Assembly (NCBI RefSeq): GCF_009914755.1
Contig: NC_060934.1
Length of the DNA stretch: 64,000 bases
Source of the DNA: the human T2T-CHM13v2.0 reference genome, Homo sapiens
Strand: one strand, 5' to 3'
The notes under the pieces are model-generated. The model was not told the origin of the DNA, searched no databases, and saw only the letters and a list, made by a program, of their open reading frames with translations. How positions within the stretch are numbered: position 1 is the stretch's first letter; the number at the start of each line of letters is the position of its first letter. Both the position numbers and the translations under genes were made by a program. Below are positions 1-15,300 of this stretch, in pieces.

Positions 1-325
1 ACAGGCCCCAGTGTGTGATGTTCCCCTCCCTATGTCCATGTGTTCTCATTGTTCAACTCCCACTTATGAGTGAGAACATGCAGTGTTTGGTTTTCTGTTG
101 TGTGATAGTTTGCTGAGAATGATGGTTTCCAGCTTCATCCATGTCCCTGCAAAGGACATGAACTCATCCTTTTATATGGCTGCATAGTATTCCATGGTGT
201 ATATGTGCCACATTTTCTTTATCCAGTCTATCATTGATGGAACATTTCAGTTGGTTCCAAGTCTTTGCTATTGTGAATAGTGCTGCAATAAACATACGTG
301 TGCATGTGTCTTTACAGTAGGATTA
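1..325 (-). mobile_element. L1PA 3' fragment (LINE-1), truncated by window edge
   Basis: Matches the L1 ORF2 end/3'UTR (tgtgatgttcccc...gagaacatgcagtgtttgg...catgtccctgcaaaggacatg). Confidence 0.9.
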
Positions 326-928
326 TTTACACCTTTGTTTTTAACCTGGTTAGGATCAGACTGAAGAGCCACTCTGAGGTCCTACATCCAAACTTTGTGA
401 AAAAAAAGAACCCCAATATGGCAGTAGCGCAATATCTATGATGGTGCTTTTCAGTTTCAAAGAGGGTTGTCTTTAAATTTATAAAGGTTATGCCCATAGG
501 GCCTTTATAAGTGATTTTGGGGAATGATGATCCCATAGCACACTCATTAGAACTCAGTGTTTTGATGATGGCAGCAAGCATCAGGTAAGATTTGTAGCTG
601 CAACATAAGCCCAAGTTGCCCCAAATAAATCCACCTTTACAAACAGAACCACTCTCTCAACCATACTGCATGGTAAACCTAATTAATGTGACATTTACCC
701 TGCGATCAAAACTCTTATGAAATAGTTCTATCAAATTCTCCCATATTTGTCCAAGTCCTGGTGGAGCTTTGCCTGATATTAGAGAATGACACTGAGCAGT
801 GATAACTGTAGTTATTATTTAGAATGTTGACTTATCCACAGTTATTTCTCTCATTTGAATCTAGCTACATCTAGGCCAATGGCTTTTACTCAGGGATGTA
901 TATGAGACTTGCCTATTGAGTTTAATGA

Positions 929-1240
<312 letters not shown>

Positions 1241-1796
1241 TGAATCTTTTAAGAGTATTATATCTTGAGGTTTTTTTTCTCTGTAAAAACTATATTCATT
1301 CATTTTTATAAAATCAGAAATAACATTCCTTGACTTCTTTAAAAATCGGCTTACTCATTATCCTTCAAGACATTCTAATTTTGGTGGAACGATTTTACTG
1401 TCTTTTTTTGCATGTCACATTACGTGCTATGCTTATTATAAACTCTCATCAGACCTTTCACATTTTAAAATTATCAGTAGTAAACTAACCACAGTGATTC
1501 CTATTTCTGTCATCTATAGATGGTTACATTTTCCTCCAATGGTTGCCTGAGGTTTTATTCAGCTTTAGGCTACAGTTTGTGTCTTTGGCAAAGATAAATC
1601 TCAAGAGCCTCATAGTAAAGGACCAGACACTTTAAACAATTGACACTTCAAATGACAGACTCTTGGATACAGGCATCTGATGACACCAGTGGGCTGAGTC
1701 AGGATTTGTAGAACTTTAGTGGAGAAGCAGACAGCTTCATGATACCACTAGCCCAAGATCAAGAGGAACAAGAATTAATTACACAAGACTGACTGA

Positions 1797-2133
<337 letters not shown>

Positions 2134-3366
2134 TTATTTAGTATATTATTTTTATTGTTCTATTTTTGAATATATAAGAAGTCCTCTCTATACTTCAACT
2201 ATCTGTAATTCACAACAATTTAGTAGATGCTGCTAATATAAACTGAAATAAAACATTTAAAAATGGCATCCGAGTCTCACTGATCCCCAGAGTTCAGAAA
2301 CTCATACCAAGTGTCCTTACATTCTTACGGCAATAGGATAATTTGTATACATTCAATAATAATCTGTCTTCTTTTATCCCCAATATAATTGGAAAATTCC
2401 ATTATTCAACAAATGTCTTGCTTGGAATGGAAAGCATTTGAGAATGAAGCTCATTGTATCAGATAGAACAGGCCACTTAAATTCCAGTGGGAATTTTACC
2501 TGCAGTCCAGGATTCCAATGCTGTATTATGAGCAAAGACTATACAAGCACATTTCTCCCCTGAAATCTACCTGTGTATGAGCAACAGGCTGGGAATTACA
2601 TGCCCCATTAGCACCTTATTACAAGTGACAACTGTGTAATTTCTGTGAGGCCAGACTACAGGATGAAAAGAAAGAGGGTAGTCTGAGGAGAGATGGCTGG
2701 TCACCCTGAAACTTACTATGTCATACGTGACTCCTGGTAGGAGATTCAAGGTCAGCACATCCCTGGGATCAGTCAGACCTGGGGGCAGCCTTTGGGGAAC
2801 CTGTGCCCTCCCCAGCATGACTCTCCTAATTAGTTAGGTGCTGGAGTGCATTCAGTAATAATCTCAAGCTTATCATAACTCAAATGGTATTTCACACTCA
2901 CTTCGCTGCAACAAGAGTTACACTCTGTTTAAGATCATCACAACACACCTTCATTAATGCAGAGGGCATTTTCATCTCACTATGAAATTAACTGACTAAA
3001 TAAGAGGTTGCAATGCCAAGGAAGAAGGAAGATAAAAATCACAAAGCAAATAACAAAATTGCATGGTTAAAAAACCTGCCCAGCCAAAGTTGTTATAACA
3101 GGAAGATCTCCTGATGCATGTTTGCTAAACAGGACTGGGCTTAAAAGTTATTACAAAATTAACCTATTACACTTAAAGCCTCCCACATTATTTTTAAAGT
3201 TAACATCTAAATGTTAACAAAAAAGCAAAGTTAACGCTTATGGAACTTCCATGTCCCCAAAAATATGTTAGGTGCATTACACGTAAAATCTCAACTATAG
3301 AAATATTACCACTTTGTAATTACGAGTTAGAGTAGATAATTCAATCTTTTTTAAAAGCATCAGAAA

Positions 3367-3661
3367 GGCCAGGCGTGGTGGCTCACTTTCACAACCCGAG
3401 CACTTTGGGAGGCTGAGGCAGGTGGATCACTTGAGGTCAGCACTTGCCTGGTCAACATGGTGAAACCCCGTCTCTACAAAGAAAATACAAAAATTAGCTG
3501 GGCACGGTGGCTCACACCTGTAGTCCCAGCTAATAGGGGAGGCTGAGGTGGGAGGATCACTTGAACCCGGCGGTGGAGGTTGTAGTGACCTGAGATTGTG
3601 CCACTGCACTCCAGCCTGGTTGACAGAGTGAGACCCTGTCTCAAAAAAAAAAAAAAAAAAA
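3367..3661 (+). mobile_element. Alu (old J/S)
   Basis: Dimer with poly-A; TSD aaagcatca. Confidence 0.95.
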
Positions 3662-4029
3662 GCATCATGAATCATATGTATCAGGGATTTTAATAGTCTT
3701 TGCTACATTCTTATACAAAAAAAGTTTTAATTAATAAAATATCCATTTACTATCAAAATGTATTGGAAAGATGTTTCCTTTATTCATTTAAATACTAATT
3801 GACGTCAGAAAACCAGATACTACACACACATACATACTAGTATGTTTATTCCAGTCCGCTAAACTTCAGCCTAAAAGAATAGCTCTGGATGAAACTGAGA
3901 CTTTTGATTTTGCTGAGCAGAATCCCCACGTCTGAGGCACGAAAACATCCTGGATGAATGACAACAGAGAGATCCTCCTCCATCTTCCCCGCAAAAGAAT
4001 GCAGCTGCTCCTTTAAATCAAAGTCCAAT

Positions 4030-4346
4030 CTCCAGGCGTGGTGGCTCACGCCTGTTCGCAGCACTTTGGGAGGCCGAGGCGGGTGGATCACCTGAGGTCA
4101 GGTGTTGGAGACCAGCCTGGCCAACATGGCGAAACCCTGTCTCTACTAAAAATACAAAAAAATTAGCCAGGCATGGTGGCAGGCGCCTGTAATCCCAGCT
4201 ACTCAGGAGGCTAAGGCAGGAGAATCGTTTGAACTCAGGAGGCGGAGGTTGCAGGGAGCCGAGATGGCGCCACTGTGCTCCAGCCTGGGGGATAGAACGA
4301 AACTCTGTCTCCAAAAATAAAAATAAATAAATAAAAATTAAAAAAT
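4030..4346 (+). mobile_element. AluSx-like
   Basis: Dimer; perfect TSD aaatcaaagtccaat (4015-4029 / 4347-4361). Confidence 0.95.
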
Positions 4347-4540
4347 AAATCAAAGTCCAATATTTAAGAACACGTTTTAAGGGGCACCAAATTATTAGCC
4401 GGCTCAGAGCACCCAACTTTTAACCTGCAAGAGCTTCCACGTGTCTCAGGTCGGCAGAGCACGCAATGACAAGTCGTGCCAATCCCCTCCCGCAAAACAG
4501 TGCGCTCAAATCGTCTGCCAGAACCGTGTGGCCTAGCCTA

Positions 4541-4870
<330 letters not shown>

Positions 4871-5059
4871 TCATTGCTGCTATATTTATAGGATAGACAC
4901 CTCGCAAAATTTTTAGCCTACACTTAGACAATTTTGCATGAACAAAAACTTAAATGTGAATTTCACTCTATATCACTTCACCTTCCCTTCTGATCTTTGT
5001 TAATGAATACATACTTTGTGTAGGTGTAACTATACACATATCATTATTATTATTTTTCT

Positions 5060-5260
5060 AATTTTCACTTTAAGAAACTTTCACATATATCATATTTCCC
5101 TCTCACAACAGTAATGTGACATATTCAGGTGAGATATCATCATCTCTACTTTATAGATGAAGACTCTAAGAGATTAAATCACACGCCTAATGGAAGGACT
5201 AATCCACATAGACCCAGAGGCCTCATGTGGGTCTCCAGACTCACACCTGTGTTCTTGGTT
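5060..5260 (-). mobile_element. MIR fragment
   Basis: MIR core ctcacaaca...catctctactttatagatgaagac..agattaaat. Confidence 0.6.
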
Positions 5261-6769
5261 CAAGGCACCATGCTTCCTCTTCATTGGCAATGTCAGTTTA
5301 TAATCATCCCCCTACAACTTTCAGAGGTACTTAGAAATTTAACAGGATCTATTCTGATAGGCATGGGCCAAATTTTACTCAACCAGGCCCTCTGAACAAT
5401 GCCCTGAATGCAAAGTCAAACATCCAAATGTCCAAGTTCTGGTTCTGAAGAAGATGGAAGAGGGCGGTGTTATCTTCATATATTCAGGGCTGGGATGGCA
5501 CTTGTGTTCTTCGTTCAACAATCAAATTCTGTACAATATCCCTACCCCCCTCCAGTTACAATTTTCTCAAAAATACTGACATGATAACACTCTTATTTGA
5601 AGCCATTCTTCCCACTTAAATCTAGATGCATTTTATTTTTCATTCTGCTAAGTATCAAGCAAACACCACAGACATAACCAGAAGGGGCCTTCTCTATATA
5701 ATCAATATCATTAACCTTAATCTACCACAATCACTGTCACTAGAACATGAAATGCATGAGAAGTGGCCGCTTCCTTCAGGTGTTGTTTTTCCCTCATGCT
5801 TCCTTACCAAAAGCACCCATAAAACAGCATTTGCCAAGTCACCTGGAAAGCAATTCCTAGCTGCTCAAGGACACCTAAAGCCAAGAAGCAAGACCAGCAA
5901 AGAAGGAATGCCCACCATTCAAGACGACTTTTTACAAATAAAAGGCAGATTAAATTCACTGAGCTGGCATCAGGAAGGATGAGTTCCAGGTAGTCTTTGG
6001 GAAAAGAGCAAAGCAAATATCAAGATAGGTGGTCTGGAACATGACCAGGGTGCAGTTGGACAAGATATAAAAATAAAACTGCGTGACATAGTTAAACTTG
6101 AATCCAGAACAAACGTAGTGCTATCTGGTAAAGGAGAATCCAACAATTACAATAATTATTTAATGTTAGTAACTGAAAAACAAATCAATGCCAATGACAC
6201 TGGTCAATATTCTAGCTGTGAGATCATTTACAATTAAAAAAATTCTAAGTCACTCATAGATTTGGAAATTAATATCAAACCATGAATTGGAAACTATACT
6301 AGTTCATTTGAAGTACATTTTTCTCACTAGAAACCCATCCACTCCATGATCCTGCATGAGAAACAAAAGAAAGAACAGCTGCCTTTACAGTTACCTAAAT
6401 GCCCTCATTCGAGTAGGATTATAGAACACTCAAGAATTTTAAAAAATAGCTTTTCAAATCTAAAATGACTCTTTTGATAGACTCATTCCCAAAATAATAC
6501 CTGAACTTTGTTTTTATATCATGTTTTCAAGTCAATCAAAATTTAGAAGTGTAATTTTGTTTACTTCCTTGACTTGGAAAGCCAGGAAAGGGGAGAGGGG
6601 GCCAAAAGCATCTTTCTTGCATTACACAAACGTAAAACCTGGTTACAAAAGTCATATTTAGAAACATATTTTCTCACATATTATTGGTTCCTCAGGATCT
6701 CCGAAACAGAAAAGCACAGGTTATGTAATTTATGCCACTACTTATCGGAATAAATCATGACTGAGAAAA

Positions 6770-7830
6770 AGCATGGTGTCCTGAAAAAAGCCAGAGTCTA
6801 AAAGATCCTCCCACTTATTAGTTGTGTGGCCTGGGCAACATCACTTCACCTCTATGATCCTCATTCATAAAATAGATGTAATATCTGCTTAACAGAGATA
6901 ATACAGTCTCTCTGAAATGCCTACCATAGAAAGCTGACCCAAGGCTGCAACCCAATAAATGAAAGCTATTGTTACTCTCAGGCAGGGCCTTAGCCATGTG
7001 GTTATTTGCAAAGGAAAAAAAAAGGAGAGAGAGAGAGTTCTTTTTGGTTTCTCTGATGCCTCCAAGATAATTCTGAACTCCTTAGCAAGGAACACAAACC
7101 CTAGGAAAATCTGTTCTTTGTTTACCTCTAGAGCTTCACATCTTATCTTACCTCTTACTTCCTCACTCCACCAGGTTCCCAGGGTTCCTACCATCCTGAA
7201 CCACTTGCTGTTCCTGCAACTCAAACAATTCTCTCTACCCTCTATTGGCTTTCCAGGAAGCTGCTCCCTCTGCTTGGTGGCATTCTCTTTTTCTTAGCCT
7301 TGGACCTCACCAATAATAATAATAATAATAATAATTTAAAAAATAAATAAAAATCCATATGCCTTGTATAATGTTCTTCAGGAATCAATCCAAGAAAGCT
7401 CTCTGGGCTGTTTGATTCTTCTAAGTAAATCCACTATTTACCTCTAGTATAGTAGCACTCAATGCACTGTAGCATCCACATCTATATTCTAGCCTATCTC
7501 CTCTAGCAAACTGAATTCTTAGGAGCAGCATTGGTTTGTCTTTCTTCATCCCAAATCTTAACTGGCTGGCTCCTTGCCCACAAAATTGGCCTTCAACAAA
7601 TATTTGTTATCCAGTAAGTGGACTTTAAAGTCAGAGAGGCCTGGGTCTAAATTCTGCCTCATAGTGCTACGTTATCTTGGATGAGCTATCATTCCTAAGT
7701 GTCAGTTTCTCCATCTACAGGATGAGAAAGGAAACATCAACTTCCTTTCAGTTTAGATTAAATAATAAAATGTAGATGAAAGGGCTTGGAACAAAGTAAA
7801 TGTAGAAGAAATGATTAGCAGTGAAGGTTT
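6770..7830. mobile_element. MIR and L2 fragments
   Basis: MIR cores at ~6770-6900 and ~7620-7830, with an L2 3' end-like sequence (caacaaatatttgtt) between them. Confidence 0.55.
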
Positions 7831-8202
7831 TTCCACGATACTATAAGCCCTTGATGACCAAGACCATACTACAGACACTCAATAATATGTTTGGTGAATA
7901 ATCTACAGCCTCTTCCTTTAGGGTGTGTGATGAGAATATTGAGATAGGCTAATCAATACTCAGTTCAACAGGCATTTATCAAGTGTTCCCACAGGTAAGG
8001 TACTGTCCTGATTGCTAAGAGGGTGGTATCCAAAAGCGGAAAAGACAAAAATTTTGTCAAGAGGTAAAAATCTAGTAGAAGAGATGAGACATGAGAACAA
8101 ATAATTGGAATTCAAAGAAGAGACTAGAATTCAAAGGAAAGCCACCAGACCTAGATGGCTTCTGTCTCTCACAAATATGAACCAAGCAATGGTGGCTTTT
8201 AC

Positions 8203-8259
8203 CTGAGACTGGAGCAATCAGTCTGGTCTTCATGTAGAGAGACTGGATCTTCGTCACAC
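8203..8259 (-). CDS. FAM13C: FAM13C coding exon 2, 57 nt ((E)CDEDPVSLHEDQTDCSSL(R))
   Basis: Acceptor tttttcttcccactcttccag|G and donor CAG|gtaaaa. Symmetric phase 2-2 exon that keeps the frame between exons 1 and 3. Confidence 0.93.
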
Positions 8260-9017
8260 CTGGAAGAGTGGGAAGAAAAATCACATCAGATCCAATTGTC
8301 TGCTATAGCAGTAGTAGCAATAATCTAGAATTGTCTCAAGATTACCATGGAAAACTAAAAGATGAAACACTCCCTATCATTCTCTCCCAAATAAGTTCTG
8401 ATTCCTATGTCTCCCAGTTTATGATGCAAATGTTGTCATATCATGTGAGCTTAAAAGCTCAGAGCCAGATGTGACTCTCCTTTTTGCCTCCACTGTCCTG
8501 TGTCACCTAAACTAACAAGGACCTAAGTGTTCACAGCACTTGAGGGGACATTGGACACCAATACTGGTATCCTCAAGACCAATACTGGTTGGCTCAAAAG
8601 AGATTCCATTACATGCCTCTTTGCATTTTTTCTGCTTCAGGCAGTCCCAAACCAAACCAGCCTCCATTTAGTTTACTCTATTGGTCTCAGATTTTCTTGA
8701 TCTTGTGAAAAGGAAGGGGTTCCTTTTCATAAAACTTCCGGATTAACTTTATGAAAAATTCTTGTCTCTTCCATATTGAAAAATCTCCAGTTCTCCATCC
8801 TGCCTAGGGGAACCAGGAGTAGGACCATCCTTTCGCTCTAGTATATAGGATGAAGCCTTTGTTCCTGTTCCCAACCATTCCCACTCAGCCCCATTCAAGC
8901 CTGGAATACTTTTTCCATCTTCAACTCCTACTCATCCTTCACTGCCCAAGTCAGGTTTCCCCAGCTCTGTACCTTCCCAGCCAAGGTCGCCCATGTGCCA
9001 TGTTCTCAGTCATGTGC

Positions 9018-9560
9018 TATGATGGTTAATATTGAGTATTAATTTGATTGAAAGATGCCAAGTGTCATTCCTGGGTGTGTCTGTGAGGGTGTTGCCAAAG
9101 GAGATTAACATTTGAGTCAGTGGACTGGGAGAGGCAGACACACTCTCAATCTGAGTAGGCACCATCTAATCAGCTACCAATGCGGCTAGAATAAAGCAGG
9201 CAGAAGAAGCTGGAAAGAACAGACTTGCTGAGCCATCTGGCCTTCATCTTCCTCTTGTGCTGGATGCTTCCAGCCTTTGAACATCAGACTCTAAGTTCTT
9301 CAGCTTTTGGACTCTCGGACTTACACCAGTGATTTGCCAGGGGCTCTTGTGCCTTTGGCCACAGACTGAAGGCTGCACTGTTGGCTTCCCTACTTTTGAG
9401 GTTTTGGGACTCAAACTAGCTTCCTTGATCCTCAGCTTGCAGACGGACTATTGTGGGACTTCACCTTGTGATCATGTGAGTCCACTCTCCTACTAAACTC
9501 CCCTTCGAACATACATATATCCTATTAATTCTGTCTCTTTAGAGAACCCTGACTAATACA
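9018..9560 (+). mobile_element. MLT2A-family (HERV-L) solo LTR, length fits MLT2A2
   Basis: Starts tatgatggttaatattgagt, contains ggagattaacatttgagtcagtggactggg, ends agagaaccctgactaataca; ~543 bp. Confidence 0.85.
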
Positions 9561-10419
9561 CATGCCAAGTTCCTACTTTAACCTTAATTCATAAACATTT
9601 ACTCTTCATTCTGAGGTTTTGGTAAACAACTATATCTCACCACACATCACTTGTAAACCTTTGTACCACTGAGATCTTTTTGATTAGTTATTAATTCCAT
9701 GAGTAGAAATAACTGTAATTTATTTTCCTAGATATATTGCCACAGTGCCAGAGTACCCCAGAGACAGTCAAAAATACTTGAATTGAAATATTAACTTTGT
9801 TCCCTAAGAGGTCTGGTCTCTGAAATAATTTAACCAGCATTTATTGAGTATTTACTGAATCCAGGCACTGCATTAGACATTGGAACTGTGCTTCGCAAAC
9901 TCTCAGGGCTTAGGACAGACCAGTTTGTTTTTTATTTTCACACCACTGTGGACAAACACTTTGGTAAAAATGTCACAGCAATGTCAAATTCCTATTAAAG
10001 TTATGAGATACTTACTCCCTATTTCTGTTTTTTATTCTTGTCTCAGACACGTTTTAAACAATTTGGAGACTCACATTTTATGTAGCACTGCTTCTAAAGG
10101 ACACAAAATTTGAAAAAGATCTGAATCCTGCCCTAAGAAATTCACAATGTAATCAGCAGACAAAAATAAAGCAAATAAATGCCTGCATACATAAATATAA
10201 CCATAATATACTGTTTATACTATATGAAATAATTTAACATTTTAAAGTATTCTTTACTGGCAATGGTGTATAATTAACCCACAGAATGAATCCAGTCCTC
10301 TTCCCTTAAAATCTTTAATTTATAGTTTTGTAGTGAGTTAAACAAAGGCCACCCACAGACTCTAACCCCTTCTACTTACTGAAATATTTTGTTACCTCTG
10401 GCAATTAAAAAAATTGGTT

Positions 10420-10704
10420 GCCCTGGTGCAGTGTCTCACATTTGTAATCCCAGAACTCTGGGAGGCCAAGGTGGGCCTGAGTTGGAAGTTCAAGACCAGC
10501 CTGGCCAACATGGTAAAACCCCGTCTCTACTAAAAATACAAAAATTAGCTGGGTGTGGTGGCACACACCTGTAGTTTCAGCTACTCAGGAGGCTGAGGCA
10601 CGAGAACCACTTGAACTTGGGAGGTGGAGGCTGTAGTGAGCCGGGATCACACCACTGCACTCTAGCCTGGGCAACAGAGTGAGACTCTGTCTCATAAAAA
10701 AAAA
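10420..10704 (+). mobile_element. AluS
   Basis: Dimer with internal A-linker and A tail. Confidence 0.93.
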
Positions 10705-11867
10705 TGCTGCTTTGACTAGAATAAACCAACCTTCTTTACTTTCTTGCCAATAGTCCACTCTGTCCATCTCATGGAAAACAAATCCCCAAGTACCGCTTTG
10801 TTCCCCTTCATTAGCAGCATTCAGCTAATAGATCACCTGAGCTTTGTAATGTGGATAAAAATGTTTTTCAATAGCAAAGTAGCAACATCAATGAAGAACA
10901 AAAATCTAGAATTGTTGCTTTCAAAGATCTAGGGCTTAAGCAGAGCTTTGGAGCTTCAATTCTGGAGCTCAACAATACCTATTGTTTGGGGATTTGGCAA
11001 GAACTTATTTTTCCCCCTCATTTGATTTATTAATCTTTCTCCTCAAAGTACAATCAGTTAAAAATGGAAACTTGGCACCAAAACATACAAAGTTGGAGAA
11101 GATTCTGAAGTATGAAGCTGGAGCTGATTAGTTGATCCAATATTCATGTCTACTAAGCAACTCCAGTTGCCACTCAAAGAACACAATTCCAAGCTCACAG
11201 ATAGAGCAACTGAAATAGAGCTACCTCCTGGCTTACATGGCACATGTTTACAACCTCTTTTAGTTCATTTGAGTTCTCATTTACCTTGGTAAAGACCATC
11301 AACTTCTATTCAATTAATAAATCATTTCTGTCCTTTCCCTGAAACCCCTTATTTCTTTGTGAAATGCTCAGGGTTGCTACTTTGCTTCCTATTTGAACTT
11401 TTGCTCCCTCAATCAGCCACAAACAAGAAAAAGTTGTGTGGTACTTCACAGCTCACCTGCTCTTTCACATAATCTCAATCCAGCCTGAGAATGCTCCAAG
11501 GTAGGAATTATCTTTGCACCTGGGCTAAGTTGTAAGTCAAGATCCCAAGGCCTCAATCGGTGAAGCCTGGATTGTTTCTGCTCCACCACATTAAGCCCAA
11601 AAAGCAAGAAACAAATAATCTCTTCAGTCTATATGCCAGAGGATCACAAGAGACAGGGCATGCCATTTCTTAGAATAATGGTGGTGAAAGAAATACCCAC
11701 AAGAAGTTCTTTTTGCTGCCTAAAACAGAAGAGAGGCCTCAGACTGACTGTTAGATAAAATGTAGTTGTGCTATAAAGATATTTACACTTGCCCTGTAGT
11801 ACCATGTTCCCTGAAGGCAAAGTTGCAGAGGTACAGCCTCCTGTGGGCTTTCTCAAAATGTGGCCCC

Positions 11868-12180
11868 TTGCATTAGCACTACCTGAAGTACCTGGTCAAA
11901 ACAGAAGTCTCCAGCCCCACTACATCAACTCTCTGAGGGCAGAGCCCAGGAATGTGGATTTTTAAAACAGACTGCCTACCTATAGAACTACTATGTTTCT
12001 AAACATTTAACACTGACCTAAAGGTTTCCAAACCCCAAAACAGCACTGTCCTGACACCAATACAATCACCCATTCTGGGTTCCCACTTTGAGATAAAACC
12101 TGGGAGACTGCAATTTTCACAAGCTCCAGTCCCCTTCCCCAGTTGATATTGATGATCAGTTAGCTTTGAGAACCACTGGT
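11868..12180. mobile_element. MER5-like hAT-Charlie DNA transposon fragments
   Basis: tttctcaaaatgtgg...gagcccaggaat...ttttaa and tttgagaaccactg terminal motifs. Confidence 0.55.
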
Positions 12181-14499
12181 TTGAATGATAACTAATCAGA
12201 ATTATTGCAGGCTTCATTTAAAATAGCAAGTTAGCTGGGGCAATGTCACGATTGACCATGGAAAAATATTAGATGAAAAGGTGCCACAGATAGGGAAGAA
12301 AAGGCCAAGGCCATTGTGATGAAAACATTGGGGTGGAAAAAGAAATTGAATTTGTCTAGAGCTGCATAGATAGTGCCAGGGCTGGGAAAAACCAAGAAGA
12401 AAATAAAATCTGTCCTTGAGTCCCTCCCAATTTCCCTTTCCCCTTGACTCTTCTAGGACTCCCAGCTGGCCAAGCATAACCATAACCATAACAGGTTAGA
12501 AAATAGGTTAGGTAAAATAATTCATATTAAAGTATTCATGACAATTTGAATCCACTTCCCAAGGGCACAAACTTTTTAATTTCCAATTTAATAAGGGTCA
12601 CTACCAGAGGCCTTCATCCAAAGAAATCATCTCTAGGTGAAATTTCAGGCATCGAAGAAAATAAGTGGGTGTGAGTAGAAGGATGTAGGAATGGGGTGGG
12701 GACAGGAGGCAGAGGAGCTCTTCTTGTATCCAGAACATAGAGGGGAGAAAAGTCCCTCCTCCGTGTAGGCCAAGACCACACCCAAACATTTCCTGAGAAC
12801 CTGCTATGTCTGTGTCTCAGGATATAGCACCTTGGTCCTGAGGGCTATGGGGTCATGCCCAGAGAAGCACGGGATATGGGTCATATTACTGAGGTGAGGG
12901 GAAAATGTTATTGTGGCAATGACTAGTTTTAAACAGTCCTAGTCAATGATGTGTTATACCTATGAAGCTTTTGGTATGTTCTCAATAGGCTCCTTAGATT
13001 TTTATATTAGCCAAATGGCATACCAATTATCTCTCAGTGTCTTTTAAAATAAATCACTGTCACTCCTCTGAAAGTAAAAACATGATCTTATGCAATCAGA
13101 ACTCCTTGGGGAGTGTCCAAAGACAAGGCACCAGGCTCTCCCCAGCATTTAACCACGAAACCTCTACAGAAAAAAAAAAAAAAAAAAAAAAAAAAGTCCA
13201 CGTGAAATCTGGAGCTAAGTGTCTCCATTTTGAACCTGCCGTGCCTGTGACTGACCGAGGATTTGGCCACACCAGGCTCCTGAGAATCGGGGCCAGAAAG
13301 CACTTAGTACTTTAAGCACAGCAAAGGGAGGAGAGCAGTACCTGTGCACCTGGAGCAGGAAGTCCAGGCCTCATCTTCGGCCTGCAGATGCACACTTTGG
13401 CACACCTCTCTCCCCTTCTCTCAGGCCTTTAGAAAAGCAACATTGCAGCACAGGTTACCAAGCAATCTTATAAACAGAATGTGGGTCCAAATGAGTATTT
13501 TACATTGCTTCTTCTAAAGTCAATCCTGTTTTTTTTTTTAAGTGACTCCACTTAAGTCTGCTCAAAACTGGACACTAAAGGAGCAGCACAGCAAAAGAGA
13601 GAAACAAAAGAATGTGGAAAACAAGAGGGCCTAGGAAGCACTGTAAACCTTATCCCTCCCTCACCAAGTCATTGTGATAGTGGCAGGACTTGGAAGCCAA
13701 AAGCAAAACATTTATTTGCTTTTTAGGGAATTTTAGCAAACAGCTCCCCAGTTAGTTAAGCCTTCTACATCAAACTCATAACATTTTTTAAATGTAGTTG
13801 AGGATACAACTTTACACATGCCTTTTTCCTGAAAAGATGTTTAGAGTGGCTTCTACAAAGGTCCCAGAAGTAAACATCATGAATTAGCCTAGAGAAAGAA
13901 TGCTAGATGAAGTACATATTCATATATATATATGTATATATAAATTACATACAGTATTAGCAAAATACACTACCTGTTAATTTTTAACAAATATAGTATA
14001 ATATTAGGAAAACATTAAGGAAGGGATGTCAAAAATTAAAACTATAGCATATAAATATCTTTAAAAAAATACTGTGCTTGCTGGTACGCTCCTTCATTCA
14101 CACTCCTTCATTCCATGTTTGAAGGGTGTTAGTTGCCCTAATCAACAGCTTTAACCATAGGACTAGGTGACTCATTCGTCCCATAGTCACATCTCTGTAG
14201 TCAGAAGACAAACATGACAAAGGGCATGCACAAAAAGTTTACTCTGATATGCCTTAAAAATCTGTAGACAAGAGAGGGCCAAGATAAGTTTAGCCTGTTT
14301 ACCACATGCTGGAATTCAGCTCATTTCACATCTATCTTCTATTGCTGTAAATGTATATAGTGTGCACTCCATGAAAACTGACACCAATGTTGGCAAAATA
14401 CAACAAAGCTTCCTAACACATCAAATGGATTTTTAAAAATCTGAGCTCCAAGAACACATATCTTGGAGCACTGAGCTCCTGCAAGCAATCAGCTGGTTT

Positions 14500-15300
<801 letters not shown>

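Noticed and set aside
12820-12842. REST/NRSE-like atagcaccttggtcctg
   Set aside because: Too many mismatches in both half-sites.
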